Below, piece by piece: positions 42,580 to 57,025 of a DNA stretch of 64,000 nucleotides. Source of the DNA: the human T2T-CHM13v2.0 reference genome, Homo sapiens; NCBI RefSeq assembly GCF_009914755.1, contig NC_060944.1, one strand, 5' to 3'. Position 1 is the first letter of the stretch. Each line of letters opens with the position of its first letter. The position numbers and the translations under genes were made by a program. The notes below the pieces were generated by a model that saw nothing but the letters and a program-made list of their open reading frames with translations, searched no databases and had not been told where the DNA came from.

Positions 42580-44779
42580 CTGTGAATGCTGTTTGCTATC
42601 ATGTTATTAATATGGTAGGAAAGTGTTTCATAGAAGACATTCATCTTGCATTAATGAAAATCAAATTTACTAATATGACACAAAATCTGTTCTTCCTTGT
42701 GACTTTCTATACTTAAGTAGCTTATTTATTGAATTAGACTGTGAGTGGTTTCCAGGGTTGAGACTGTTAAAGTTATCATAATAATGACTTTGTTTTCAAT
42801 AATGTCAGATGGCCCTTCATGATGAGATTATGCAGCTCTGACTTTGTGATCACTGTTCTTAGACAAAGCACTGCTGCCCTGGGGCCTAGCCCCATACCTG
42901 TGAGCTACTCTGCCACTCGACTTCAACTTCTTCCCGCCAAGGCTCAGCTAGGCGAGGATTCTAGTTTGAGCCAGTATACCTTTAAAGAGGGCCCCATGGA
43001 ATAAACGGATCTCATTCAGCATGGGCATGAAAGGCACTGGAGAAGTTATTCAGCCTTCGTCTTCGATTTTTCTAAAAAAGGACAACAAACAACCCTAAAT
43101 TTTCAGGCCTTCAAAAGAGAGTAAGAAATACAGACAGTCCCCTACTTTCAAACACAATTTGTTCCTAAAAGCAAGTATGGAATTCAAATGCCCAGAAACC
43201 AAATAATAGACCCATCTCTTAAAAAAGAGAATTCTCTTCCCAAGAGTTAACATATGATTGCTGAAAATGTTCTTTATTATTTTTAGCACGTGAAAGTCTC
43301 AGTTCAGCAGATAGACAGAAGTTGAAGAGTATTGATGGCTAAGATGTAAACAGACAAGTTGTATTAATAACGAATGGAATGCACAGAGCCAGTATCCAAA
43401 AGCCAAGGGCTGCACCTAGAGGCACCTAGAAAGAAGCCATGTAAAAACCTAAACTGCAGAGCTAAATTTCTAGAGGTTTTTTTAAATAAAGTCTTGTTTT
43501 CTATTTATAAAAGTAGTACATGATCATTGCAGAGCCCAACACGGGGGTTGTGGCGGGGGTATGAAATAAAGAATTGCAAAGAAACCAATTGTTAATTTTT
43601 TTGGTGTGTGTCCTTTCATATTTTTCTCTAAATATACAATGTATATATAAACAATATTTCACGTGCTGATTTGCAGCTTGCTATTTTAGCTTCTCAGCAT
43701 ATTCTGAACATGTTCCCATTTCTTGAGATTCTATTTTAATGGCGTTATTTTTTAACGACTGGATAGAGTTCTACCATACCAACGTGCCTTACTTAATTAA
43801 CTGGGCTGCTCTTAACTTTTTGTTTTCATAATTAACCCTGCAATAAACATTCTTGATGATACATCTTTTTGGCGTATCCTTGATTATTTCCATTAAAATT
43901 GTTTTAATATTCTCAATTCTTATGCATTCAATGTATTTTTATTGAACAATAGTGTGCTGCTTACTTGAAACACAGCCATTGAGACGTGCCCTCTTCCTTC
44001 ACAGAGCTTAAGATTAAGTAGGAAAGATAGAAAATTGTACATGGCTGTTAAAAAAAAATTACCACCACCCAACTGAACTTTTCTCCCTCCGCTCAGTCCC
44101 ACTCCTCTGGCCAACACTGACCGCAGTCTCAGTTTGTGAATATGTGTTTCTCAAATGGGATTATACTGTACCTATTTCCTTCTAGTTTTTTCACTTAAGA
44201 ATCTGTATAAATATTGAAGTTCTTTCCATGTCAGTACACATAGTTCTCACTCTTTTTAATGGCTTTTTTATCTTTCATGGAATAGCTAAATCCCAATTTA
44301 CTTAATGATTTTTCTACTAATGAACATTTAGGTTATTTTCAAGTTTGTCCTGGCATTGTATATAATGTTACCACTGAACATATATCTCTGTGTGCATGAA
44401 TGGGATTTCTGGATCAGTGGGTATATACATTTACATTTTGATCAAGATATTATTTTAAATTATCTTCAAAAAAGGTTATTCCCACTAACAGGACAGAAGA
44501 GAGCTTTTTTCTCCCCATCCTCATGAACACTGGATATATTCTGCAGGAGGAAGAAAGAGTGGGAAGTGTATCTCTCATTGTACTTTCAACTTGCCTCTCT
44601 TCAGTGTCCACTGAATCTTTTCATAGGTTTATTAGTCATTTGTATTTATTCTTCTGTGAATTGCGTGTCATTCTTTGCCCATTTTTAATTAGGTTGCCTG
44701 TTTCTTTTTCATTTATGAGAATTTATTATATTTAAAGACTAGTAATCCTTATTATGTACATTGCAAATATTTTACAGCC

Positions 44780-47150
44780 TGTCTTTAAAATTAATAGACA
44801 TTTTTAGGGCAGTTCTAGGTTTACAGAAGAAAATGATCAGAAAGTACAGAGTTCCTTTAAGGCCAGGAGTTTGAGACCAGCCTGGGCAACAAAGCAAGAC
44901 CTCCTCTCTGTAAGAAGAAAGTACAGAGCTCCCACATACCCTCCTCCACCCCCAGCCACTTACACAGTTTCTACTATTATTTACATCTTTAGTGTGGTAT
45001 ATTTGATACAACTGATGAAACAATATTGATACATTATTATTAACTAAAGTTCATAGTTTACATTAGGGTTCATTCTTGATGTTGCACATTCTGTTAGTGT
45101 TGACAAATGTATACTGACATGTACCCACCTTACAGTGTGAAACAGAACACCTTTCCATGCCTGGAAATCCTCTGTGCTGTGCCTACTCGTGCCTTCCTCC
45201 TGCCTCCCCCACAAGCTTCTGGCAACCGCTCATTTTATTACTGTCTCCGTAGTTTTACCTTTTCCAGAATATCATATGTTGGAATCATTCAGTATGTATG
45301 TAGTCCTTTCGGACTGGCTTTTTTCACTTAGTAATATGCTTTTAAGGTTCCTCCATGTCTTTTTAGCACTGAATAATATTCCATTGTCTGGATGTACCAC
45401 AGTTTGTTTATCTGTTCACCTACTAAAATATATATTGGTGGTTCCAAGTTTTGGCAATTATGAATAAAACTGCTGTAACATGTACAAGTTTTTGTATGGG
45501 CATAAGTTTTCAACTCTTTTGGGACTATACCAAGGAACACAATTTTGGATGATGTGGTAAGAGTGTTTAGTTTTTGTAAGAAACCACCGAACTGTCTTCC
45601 AAAGTAGCTATACACCATTTTGTATTTCCACCAGCAATGAATGAGAGCTCCTGTTGTTCCACATCCATGTCAGCATTTGGTGTTGTTAATGTTTTAGATT
45701 TTAGCCATACCCATTGTTGTTTTTAATTTGAAATTCCCTAGTGACTTACCATATTGACCATTTTGGGATCAATAAATTTAAAATGTATATATATTTTTAA
45801 CAGGTCTCACTAAGTTGTCCATGCTGGTCTCAAATTCCTGGGCTCAAACCATCCTCCTGTGTGGCTGGGATTACAGGGACATGCTGTCATGCCCAACTCA
45901 AATGCTTGCTTGCTATCTCTATATCTTCTTTGGTGACGTGTCCAGCTCTTTTGCCCATTTTTAAATTTGGATGTCTGTTTTCCTACTGTTGAATTTTAAG
46001 AGCTCTTTGTGTATTTGGTTTACTATTCCTTTATTGGATATGTGTTTTGCAAAGATTTTCTCCCAGTTTGTGGCTTGTCTTTTTATTCACTTTTATTATT
46101 TGTTTTTGATATCTTTTTTTATAAAGGTTGGAATTTTTACATAATCAAACCGTCTCTAACAAAGAAGAATAACAAAATTCTTCTTTTTGAATTCTGTCTC
46201 CTACTTAGGAAATTTTCTCCACCTGGAAATTGTAAAATATGCTCCTATTTTCTTCTATCACTTTCGTAGCTTTGTTTTACATTGACATCTTTAATTCATC
46301 TGGAAAACTGTGTGTGTGATTGTGTGTGGTGTAATATAAGAATTTAATTTTACTGTTTCCAAGTGTAGAGATAATTTTCCCAACAACTCTTTCTAAATAA
46401 TTCATGTTTTTTCCTATGTAATTGAAATACTACCATTATCATACACTGAGCCAAAATCTTTTTCTACAGAGAATTCAGTTTCTGAATTTCCTACCCTGTT
46501 TCTTTGCTCCATTTTGTCTGTTTCTGTACTCTTCCATGCTGTTGTAATGATTGAGACATTATAAGTTGGCTTGATATCTTTAATGTGTAGTCTTCTTAGC
46601 TATTCTTTCCGAATGTATTATCATGTCCAACTTTATAAAAATTATTTTTGGAATTTTAACTGAGTCTGAATTGAAGTTACAGGTTAATTTGGGGTACATT
46701 TATAAAATGGAATATTACCATTCAGGTCTTTTTAAATTTTCTTCCATGAACTCTGATAGGTTTTTTTTCATAGAGCTTGCACATTTATATTTAAGTTTAT
46801 TTTAGTATTTTTATAGTTTTGTTGCTGCTGTAGATGGAATCTTTTTGTTTCATTACATTTTCTGATTTTAAAAAAGATATTGGTAGTTGGGAAAGATGTG
46901 GGTTTTGTATGTTGCTCTTGTGTTGAAGTCTCTTTTTTGTTTAAGCATATTTTATTAGATTATCTTGGAATTTCTTTGACAGATGATTATCAGTTACAAT
47001 AACAGCACCTTTTTTCTTTCCTCTCCAATACTTCTACTTTCTATTTATTTTTCTTATTTTATTGAATTGCCTAGAATTACATGTACAATATTAAATGGTA
47101 GTGGAGATAGTGCCCACCCTTGTCCTCTTCTTGCCTTTTATGGGAAAGAG
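44780..47150 (-). mobile_element. Old L1 (L1MA/MB/ME-type) antisense fragments with small Alu-monomer inserts
   Basis: L1 3' UTR and ORF2 C-terminal similarity (ORF 45328..45618 -: ..KLWYIQTMEYYS..); boundaries approximate. Confidence 0.65.
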
Positions 47151-47544
47151 ACAATGAACAAGTAATTTTTTAAAGAGAAACTAAATCAGGAACTTCGAAG
47201 GCCAGTGCATATTTCATGAATTAGGAACATTAATGCACCTTCTTATTATCTTTCTTCCCTCAGAAAAATTAAACTGAAATGTCTCTAAAAAATATAAATG
47301 TAACTCACATTATGTAATATGTTTCCAAAATGGCTGGCATGAGCTCTCATTTTGATTGTTTAAGAGACTCTCTTTGGGCTAAGGTCACATGTTTGTATCT
47401 TTGGACTGCCATTACCTTCAGCTTTAGGTAAGAGAAACATTATTTTAGTTATGTTTATGTTATGACATAATCAAGATCTTCCCCAAGAGGAAGTGGAGCT
47501 ATCTACCCAATCCTAGAGAAGGTGATTTCCTGGAAGAAAAGAAA

Positions 47545-47599
47545 TGCATTCCAGCCTGGGCAACAGAGCAAGATCCTGTCAAAAAAAAAAAAAAAAAAA
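47545..47599 (+). mobile_element. Severely 5'-truncated Alu (last ~35 nt plus poly(A))
   Basis: GCATTCCAGCCTGGGCAACAGAGCAAGATCCTGTC followed by A19. Confidence 0.8.
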
Positions 47600-48199
47600 C
47601 AGAAGAAACAGGAGGCATTTGAGGTCCCTCAAAGTCCCTATCACAGGATTTCTTACAAATCTTTCTTCCCAGTAGATCATATCCATGAGTAACATGAATT
47701 GCTGGGTGATCACTCATAATGATGTCAGCACTCATCTGCCCCGGGTGAGCACCCACAGTCTTGGGCGTCAACACCCCTTGCTTTCAGGCACTGCTCTTCT
47801 CTCCAGTCAGAATCCATGCGGAAGCTCCAGCTGTGGTTGTGCAGGCTGGTTTCAGTGCTGCTTCGCTTTGATAAGTAACTAAGTACAGGATGTTTGAGGA
47901 ATAAAAAGAAGGCCAGCGTGGCTGTAGCACAGTGAGAGAAGGTCAGAAGAGCTGGATCATGTAGATCATGTGGAGGTTTGGACTTGGGATCGTTGTTTCA
48001 AAGCATGAAGGGTAGCAACATGCCAATTCATGTTTTAAACATTCCCCATATGCTATATGGGGAATGGAGCTGTTAGGGAGACACAGCCATACCCCAGGTG
48101 AGAGATGGTACTTTGGATGGTCATATTTCAGATGTATTTTAGAGGCAGTGTGTGCAAGACTTGCTTCTAAGCTCTGGTGATATATACAACTGCTTACTT

Positions 48200-48690
48200 G
48201 ACTCTCAAACTTAACAAGGCCAAACTCCTAGAAGAAAACAAAGAGGAACAGCTCCTTGACATTGGCCTTGGCCTTGACTTTTGTGATATGAAACCAAAAG
48301 CACAGGCAACAAAAGCAAAAATAAACAAGTGGGTCTACATCAAACTAAAAAGCTTCTGCACAACAAAGGAAACAATTTCAAAAAAAAAGGCAACCTATGA
48401 AATGAGAGAAAGTATTTGCAAACCATACTTCTGATAGGGGGTTAATATCCAAAATATATAATGAAGTCATATAACTCAATAGAAAAAATAAATAACCCAA
48501 TTAAAAGTGGGCCAAAGACCCAAATAGACAATTTTTCAAAGAAGACATATAGACGGCTGGGAAGTACATGAAAAGGTGTTAGACGTGACTACTTAACGGG
48601 GAAATGCAAATCAAAATCGGAATGAGATGTCACCTCGTACCCGATAGGATGGCTGCTCTCTGAAATAACAGGAGCTAACAAGCGTTGTCG
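48200..48690 (+). mobile_element. L1 ORF2 fragment
   Basis: ORF 48177..48434: KLLEEN...DIGLG...[26 protein letters not shown]. Confidence 0.85.
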
Positions 48691-49866
48691 GGGTGTGGAG
48701 GTTGGGCACCAGCCCAAATCCGGTCTCAAGATCCTCTCAACTCCTTCTTATCAAGAAACCCCTTGGGACCTTACTCTTCCTACTGCAGTCAGCTGAATAA
48801 ACCTGACTTTGTTTACACGCCAGGTTCCTGGTGGTTTTTGGCTGGTAGGAATCAACCTTTTGCTCCCTCTCCCTGTGTTCCTTGTCATTTCTTCTGCTGA
48901 CACTTTACTCAAGTGTCCCTCACTGCCCCCCTGATCCCACCACCCCTCAGGACATACTGCGATTTCCCTGGGATTGCCATCAACCGTCTTGTCATCTCTT
49001 CCTTGAACCAAACCTGTCTCTTGGGGCCCTTATCCAGCTCCATCTGTGCTAGGGTCAGTCTGGCCAACTGGACATTCCCACTTTGGACTTCTGCAGGCAC
49101 TTCTGTCTCCACTTTAAAAAAGGAATGGACTCATTCCTTGTCCTTTGCCCCTGTTCACCTCTCTGTCCTGTGCTCCTGCTTCCCTGCACCTCTGAGCCAG
49201 GGCCTGGGAATATCTGCAGATCTTTTTCCTTCACTCGCTTCTCCCTCACCTCCTAAATGTGTCTCCAGTCATCTGCTGCCATTGCAGCTGCATTTAGCAG
49301 GGCCCCTTTGCTTCCGGCCATACCCTGTCCAGTGTAGCCTCAACATGGCTTCCAGAGCACCTGTTCTGAACCATAAATAGGATGTCCACAGCACTCACTT
49401 GTTTAAAGCCTTCCCATGGCTTTCCATCACTTGGGAGATAAAGTCCAAGCCCCATACACAAGCATTTAGAGTCTGCCCCGCCCACTGCCCCCCACCTTGC
49501 ATCCGACTGGACGTTAGAGCAGTCAAACCACCTGTCATTCCCAGCAGGCCCTGCCTGCTTTGTGCCTCCACGCTTTCCCGGGCCTGGTTTCCCTTGCAAA
49601 CACCGACTCCTTCTCCAGTGCTTCAGTAGATCCTCCCCGTGCCTCTGTACGCAGCGCCTGTAAGTGATGGCGGAGCTCCCGCCTGCTCTAGTGCAGCCAT
49701 CATCCCACAGTATTGTACCGTATTGTGGTTCTCTTTACATGTCCGTCATCTCTTGCTGTCAGAGCACCTCTGGATGCTGGGCCCACTGCACATTCATCCT
49801 TGCATTTGAAATGATGCTCACAGGAGGCGGTCAACAGACTCAGTTTCTTCACCTTTCTATCTAGAC

Positions 49867-50495
49867 CAGTGATGTCCAGTAGAAATATAACAGAAGCCAC
49901 ATACAAAATTGTACCCTTTTTAGTGGTCACATTAAAAACATAAAAAGAAACAGAGAAAATTAATTTAATAATATATTATATTTAACCCAAGATATCCAAA
50001 ACTATTGTCATTTCCACATTTAGTCAATACAAAAACAGTAATAAGCTATTTTACATTTTTGTTGCATTATCTTCAAAATTCAGTGTGTATTTTATACAGG
50101 AGGTACATCTCAATTCAGACTAGCCGTTTTTTGTTTGTTTGTTTGTTTTGTGACAGGGTCTCACTCTGTCACCCAGACTGGAGTGCATGGCGCCATCTCA
50201 GCTCACTGCAACCTCTGCCTCCCAGGCTCCAGTGATCCTCCCACCTCAGTCTCCTGAGTAGTTGGGATTACAGGCATGTGACACCCCACCCAGCTAATTT
50301 TTGTATTTTTTTGTAGAGACAGGGTTTCACCATGTTGCCCAGGCTGGTCTCGAACTCCTGACCTCAAGTGATCCGCCTGCCTCAGCCACCCAAAGTGCTA
50401 GTATTAACAGGTGTGAGCCACCACACCTGGCCCAGACCAGCCACATTTTAAGTGCTCAGAAGCCGCTGGTGGCTCATGGCTCCTGGACCGGACCA
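49867..50495 (+). mobile_element. MER33 (hAT-Charlie) interrupted by an Alu
   Basis: CAGTGATGTCCAGTAGAAATATAA...ACATCTCAATTCAGACTAGCC[Alu]CACATTTTAAGTGCTC. Confidence 0.75.
50127..50433 (-). mobile_element. Alu inside MER33
   Basis: (TTTG)n tail, dimeric body, TSD AGAC(T/C)AGCC. Confidence 0.92.
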
Positions 50496-52422
50496 TGGGG
50501 GCTTCAGCAGGTGCAGCGGTGGGCCTCTGTTTTCCTACCTGTAGAACAAGAAGGTTGCCAAAATCTGTAATCTCTTATCCCTCCCAGCTCTAAAAAAATG
50601 GGGCTCTGATACCTTGTGAGGAATTCAAGAGAATGTCCTCTCTCAGAGTGAAGTGTCCTTCACCAGCTGGTGAGCTGGATCCCAGCAGTTTTGTTAACTG
50701 TGATCACTTGGTTAGAATGGAGGCTGCAGGTTTCTTCCCCTGGAAAGCTGCTACTTTGAGATTATTTATACAGGTATTTTTACCTTCATAACTAATTAGT
50801 GATACTTTGAGACTATATAAATACCTTATGTCTCATAATTTCTTCTACAAATTTTAGACTCCATGGACAATTCTTGGCTGAAATAACTATTACTGCACTG
50901 TTTACCAAATGGTGATTTTTCTACTTCCATAATTCTTACATATTTATTACTTAGCATCCTACTGTAAGGAAGAATTGTCCCTTCTCCTCCGTTTATTTAC
51001 TCATTCATTCATCTTTATCATTGTGGACTTAAGGATTCCTGCACTCTTCTGTGGGTTGTAATCCATTACCCTCTTATTGTGTTTTGGTGAGATATGAACT
51101 AGGAATATGTTAGTTAAATTTTCATGCTTGATTTTTGGAAACCACAACCCTGAAATCCTAAGAGTGACAAAAAAAAGTGAAGAAACAGTTTGTGGTTTAT
51201 TATTCTCTCTGTAAAAGCTTTAGAAAAAAAAAAAAAGGAACACATTAATTAGAAAAGCCTATTTGCTGAAAGAGAATTATTTTTAACATGTATTCATTAT
51301 TTATTTTTAAAATTATTTTAAACACATTTCAAACATGGTGTGTGTGTTCTGTCCTGGTCAATGATATTTCTACTGAGCACTTGTTCAGAATTTAAAGAGC
51401 CATTACTTTAACCAAAGGAATAATAAGGGAGTGAAATATCTTGCTCTATGGAGTTTGCTAGTTCTTGCAGCCTCAGCCTCACAAAAGGCCATTCTCTCTG
51501 GCTCCTTTGTCCCCCTGACTCGTGGGGGTTTATATGTGCACATATACACTTTTTTTTTTCTTTTCCTACAGAAAATAGATAGGAAATGGGCATGATTGTG
51601 AGTGAGGCTGAGTGGCCGCCTGGCCTAATGCTGGCCTGGGCTCTCTGCAGCCTAATTAAAGGAAAATGGTTGTGCTCTCTATGAAGAGAGAAGCAGAATG
51701 AGAGCAGACAGGCACAGGAAGGGAAGCTGAAGCACTAAGAGCTTCCCCTTTTCTGCAGAATTAAATGCTAACCTTGCCTCATACTATTAGTGCTGAACTT
51801 ATATAACAAATCAATGTAAATAGCTGGCCAACTTCCAGGGCACTAGATTTATTGTGCAAATTCAATTAGTGCAGCCCCTAAGAAACCAGCAATGTGCAAA
51901 CAAATACTGTAGATGGACTAAAAGGGAAGAGGCAGAGCACTAAGACTCAGTCCTGTACCCTGACGGCAGACATTGCTGTAAGGCACTGCCAAACCCAGCT
52001 TCCCACCATGGCAAAGTGTGTGAATGACCCGCGGCTGTGCTTTCAGGATAAACTTAAATAGAAACAAAATTCTTAAGTGTATAAACATTATGCTATTTCT
52101 ACAAGAAAACTGGTTCGCTCTGGCAAGTAAGACCAAAAGTCAGACAGGTCAGAAGAAAATTCAGCCTGCTTGGGCTTTAGAATGCCTGGGCCTTAATTCC
52201 GGGGCCACTTTTCCCAACTGCCATCTCAATATGTTCAGTGAACAACTGGTTTAACTATTTTGATTTACTTGGCTCACCCAGTGTAGTAAGCAGGCAAAAC
52301 AGCAAAGAAATAACTCCATTTGGACAGTTTGCATTTAATTTTCATCAATTCAGACACAAAAAAAGTAAGGCCTCAGTTTAACAATTTCCATGCAATTTTT
52401 ATTTGTTTCCACAGAATTCTTT

Positions 52423-52711
52423 TTTAAATTAAAAAAGGTCTCACTTTGTTGCCCAGGCTTGAGTTCTGTGGCATGATCATAGCTCACTACAGCCTCAAAC
52501 TCGGGCTCAAGTGATCCTCCTGCCTCTGCCTCCCAAATAGCTAGGACTACAGGCACGCACCACCATGTCCAGCTAATTTTTATTTTTTAATTTTTGTAGA
52601 GACAAGCGTCTCCCTATGTTGCCCAGACTGGTCTCAAGCTCCTGTCCTCAATCCTCCCACTTCAGCTTCCCACAGCACTGAGATTACAGGCATGAGCCAA
52701 TGTACCTGGCC
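52423..52711 (-). mobile_element. Alu (AluJ-type)
   Basis: TSD TTTCCACA(G/T)AATTCTTT on both sides. Confidence 0.9.
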
Positions 52712-53004
52712 CATTTCCACATAATTCTTTAGTGAAAGACAAAACTTCAAGAAAGCTAGTTACGATGTCCTCTTACCTTTATTGCTCTATAAAATGGCAG
52801 GCAAATTAATTTATGCAGTACTTTCAAATGGAGGAAAAGCATTCCCTGAGGAGAAAAACTGCAGTTATGCCAAAGAAAGACTTTCTTTGAATTAAGCAGC
52901 AAACAAAAAAGTATTTTAATATTTTAGTTTCTAATTCACACCAGAAAGGATGTGAAGCAGCCTACACAAACATATGCAATAGGATAATTAAGAACAACAG
53001 CAGT

Positions 53005-53210
53005 AATAATCATTGATACGGAGCCTCTCCCCTGTGCCAGGCATAATGCCACATCTTTTACCTGGAGTGTCTCCTTGAATTCGGATAGTAACTCTTGGAA
53101 CAAAGGACCATCATTATCCCCGTTTTACAGCTAAGAAGACTGAGACTAAGAGAGACTAACGCTAACTAGCTCCAGATTACATAAGCTGACAAGTGGCAGA
53201 GCTGGGGTAA
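53005..53210 (-). mobile_element. MIR
   Basis: ATTATCCCCGTTTTACAG...GACTGAGACT...AAGTGGCAGAGCTGGG. Confidence 0.7.
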
Positions 53211-53912
53211 AAAGAAAAAGGACATTAGTAAATGGGAAACTGAGGCCAGGTCAGCAACACGAATCTGAGCTGAGATGGAGAGACCACCAACGCAAGCATC
53301 GGTCTTTGTTTAGTCCACTTGCATCCTGAGAATGGATCACCAACTCAGCCCATATGTGTGGCTTCCCACTCCTTAGAGATCAGAGCAAGGAGAGAAATGT
53401 TAGCACTGGCTAGATTCGTAATTCATGAATTAACATATTCCATCTTCTAAGCTGTTCCCGGGCTGAGTGTCTGGGATTCAGAAAAACAAATGGACAGCAG
53501 ACAGATCCTTCAGGTAATTCTTCAACATTCTGAAAACTAAGACTCTGGTTGCAAGGGTGGCAGGGAATTTCTGGTCCCGTCCAGAGCAAATGTGACCTGA
53601 TGAAGGCACAGAAGGTCAGATTCCATGTTCTTATAGACATCAAAGGACCTAAAGGAAAACTTGTGCTTGCAAGAGAGCTCAGCCTCCCTCCCTCGTCAGG
53701 GGAGGTCGTGGGGCCTGTGGGCTGGTCAGGATTTCCCTCCGAGACAGCTCTGGGTGTTCAGCTCACAGACAACACACATCATGCTGGTCCCAGTGGCCTC
53801 CAGCAGAGGCAAACCATGCACTTGGAGCAGAGAAAGCCTTGCAAAGCAGTGCCTCCCAGCACCAGTGCTGCCAGGCAAGGGAGCCCAGGGTGTGGGAGGC
53901 ACCTAGTTTTAA

Positions 53913-54222
<310 letters not shown>

Positions 54223-55689
54223 TAGTGTTAGCCTCTGAATTCCCAGGTAAACCAGGATCATTGGCAAAACAGTGCTCTGTAGCATTAAGAGAGAGGAATT
54301 TTACAAGCCATTCAGAAAATAGCTGATTTCTGCTGAAAATTAGAATTTCAGTCTTAGTGCCAATGAATTGTAAGCCGTTTTTCTGCAGAGCAGGAAACAT
54401 CTGAGGCCAGCTCTGCATTGTGACAATGAGACCACAGCCAAATTATATTTCGAGGCTGCTGCTCTTTCGGTTATGTAAATCATAGCATGTGACAATTACA
54501 ACTGGTCATCAAAGAACTAGTTGGTTTTGCTTTCAAAATCATTAATCTTACCTTTCTAGATCTGCCTCAAAGCAATCAAAAAATTGACTAGATACGGATT
54601 CTTGCAAACTCAGGCTGAACTCAAGGAAATATTCAGTCCGATTTCCATCTCAGTCTTTGGGATTTTTTGTTGCAGGGCATCAGGGCTGTGTCTGCTCGTG
54701 TCATGGGGTCTCATTTCCAAGCAAACCCAGGAATAACTAGAAATACTTACTTGTTCCTATTCTTATTTTTGAAAATTGTACTGAACTGCATGAATTTACA
54801 TTCTTTCATGAGTAGAATAAAATGATCATAACCCTACCTGACAGTGTGAATGCAAATTGTGCCTGTTCTCTGCAGTTAAGCCAGGTCGGGCCAGATGGGA
54901 ACATGTAGGACTCTGAGGATACAGGGAGTTTCCCACTGGCTTGGAGGTAGAAGTCACACATGGAAAATATTCTGTGGGTTTTTTTCCCCAGAGTGTTCGG
55001 TTTTGGAGTAGTTGGAGTCTAGAGTGATAAACATGTTCTAGCTCTGGAAACCTCAACCAAAAACATCTCCCAATTTTCATAAATTTAAGAAAAGATTTTT
55101 GTTAAAAGTAGATGCTGTAGAGTCTTCGGGGTATCACAGCTGATAAAACATCCATTCTCTCTTTCCCCTTCAGGAACAGAATTCTGATTTATAAGGAAGT
55201 ACATCATATCTAAAATAAATGACAGTGGTTCCCAGCCTCCCATGCAACCAAGAAAGCCATATGGCCAACTATTGGCCAATAAGATATAAATGGAAGTGCT
55301 TTGTGAAACTTCCAGGAACTCTCCTTAGAAGAAAGGAGATGAGTCCTCTTTTTCCCGTACTTCATCCCAGAACATATATGTGATGGCTGGAGCTCAGCAG
55401 CCATTTTGAATCATGAGGCCAAGGCCCCTGTGAATGTACTCTGCTCTGATGTCCATGGAACCACCCTGGCAGCCCTAGACTCCCCATCTAGACCTTCTCT
55501 ACCTGAAAAAAGTACACTTCTGCCTTTTGAAAGCCACAGTTACTTTGAAACTTTCTGTAATTTCAATCATATCTAATCCTAGCTAATGTAGGGGATACTT
55601 GGGAAACTGGGGTGATTAAGAGAGTTGCTAGAAAGACTCGGGAAAAAGCATAAGGAAATAAGATTTGGTTGCACAGTTGTTCAGAGCAT

Positions 55690-55865
55690 GGGTTACACAG
55701 AACTATGGGTAGGACCTAGTTCAGCCACTTATTAACTCTGTGACCTTGGGCAACTCATTTAAGCTCTCTGAATCTATGTCTTCATCTGTAAAATGGGCCA
55801 GCATGTCCCACTTTCTAGGATTAGAATTAGGATGAAATGAGATAATGCACAGAAATGGTGTGCAA
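55690..55865 (+). mobile_element. MIR
   Basis: CTGTGACCTTGGGCAACTCATTTAAGCTCTCTG...TTCATCTGTAAAATGGG. Confidence 0.72.
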
Positions 55866-56152
55866 CAGAGTCTGTGGGTTTGTGTCCCCAGATGAATCTA
55901 AGTGTGCCTCCAGCATGAAGCTATAATAGAACAGGATGCCTCCCAGAGTGTAGCAAGCACCCACCAGGTGGTATGCAGGATAGCTCAGGCAGCACAGCCA
56001 CATCTTACTAATGATGGATTTGTTCCAGCAGGAATTAGAATAAAACATAACGAGCACATCAAACCTGTGATTTCATAGGTATCATTACTTAGGACAAGAC
56101 AAAAGTAATTATTTCAGTTTTTTTAAAGACAAATCAATGTAAAGAAAATTTT

Positions 56153-56437
<285 letters not shown>

Positions 56438-57025
56438 TTAAGAAAATTTGGAAGTATTCAGTAATGTAGTCACACAGAAAACGATTGATTCCCAAGTGAC
56501 TGAAGTTTGGCAAACACTAGCCCAAGAGAGGTAGCCTAGGGATGAAGCTGCAGAGAGGACAAAGAAGTGAGGTCAAGAGGGCCACAGTGCCAGGCCTTGT
56601 GGAACACACTCCAGCCCCCACCTCCCCAGCGTGCACCCCTCTGCAGCCCTGCCATGCCAGGCCATCATAAGTGGCTCTGACATTCTCCACCCCCACCCAC
56701 CATGTGTGCATTTCTGGGGGCAGGGGCTTTCTCTCACCATGGTACCCTCAGTGCCCTTCACATGTTTGACACAGGCGTGAGGGCCATATTCGATTCATGG
56801 CAAAGAATTGAACCCTAGGTCTTCTCCTTCCTTGCAACCGTTAATGTCAGAAGCTCTGAAGACACCTGGGACAGAGAAGAGAGGGAGAAAAGTTTACGTG
56901 GAAGCATAGGGAAGGAAGGGATGTTTGTTGAGGGGTGGTGTGATGCAGCAGAGGAAGAGGACCAGAGGAAAGCAGCCACTGGAAATAAGGAAACAGGGTT
57001 TAGGAAGGCCTCACTAGACCTGTTA

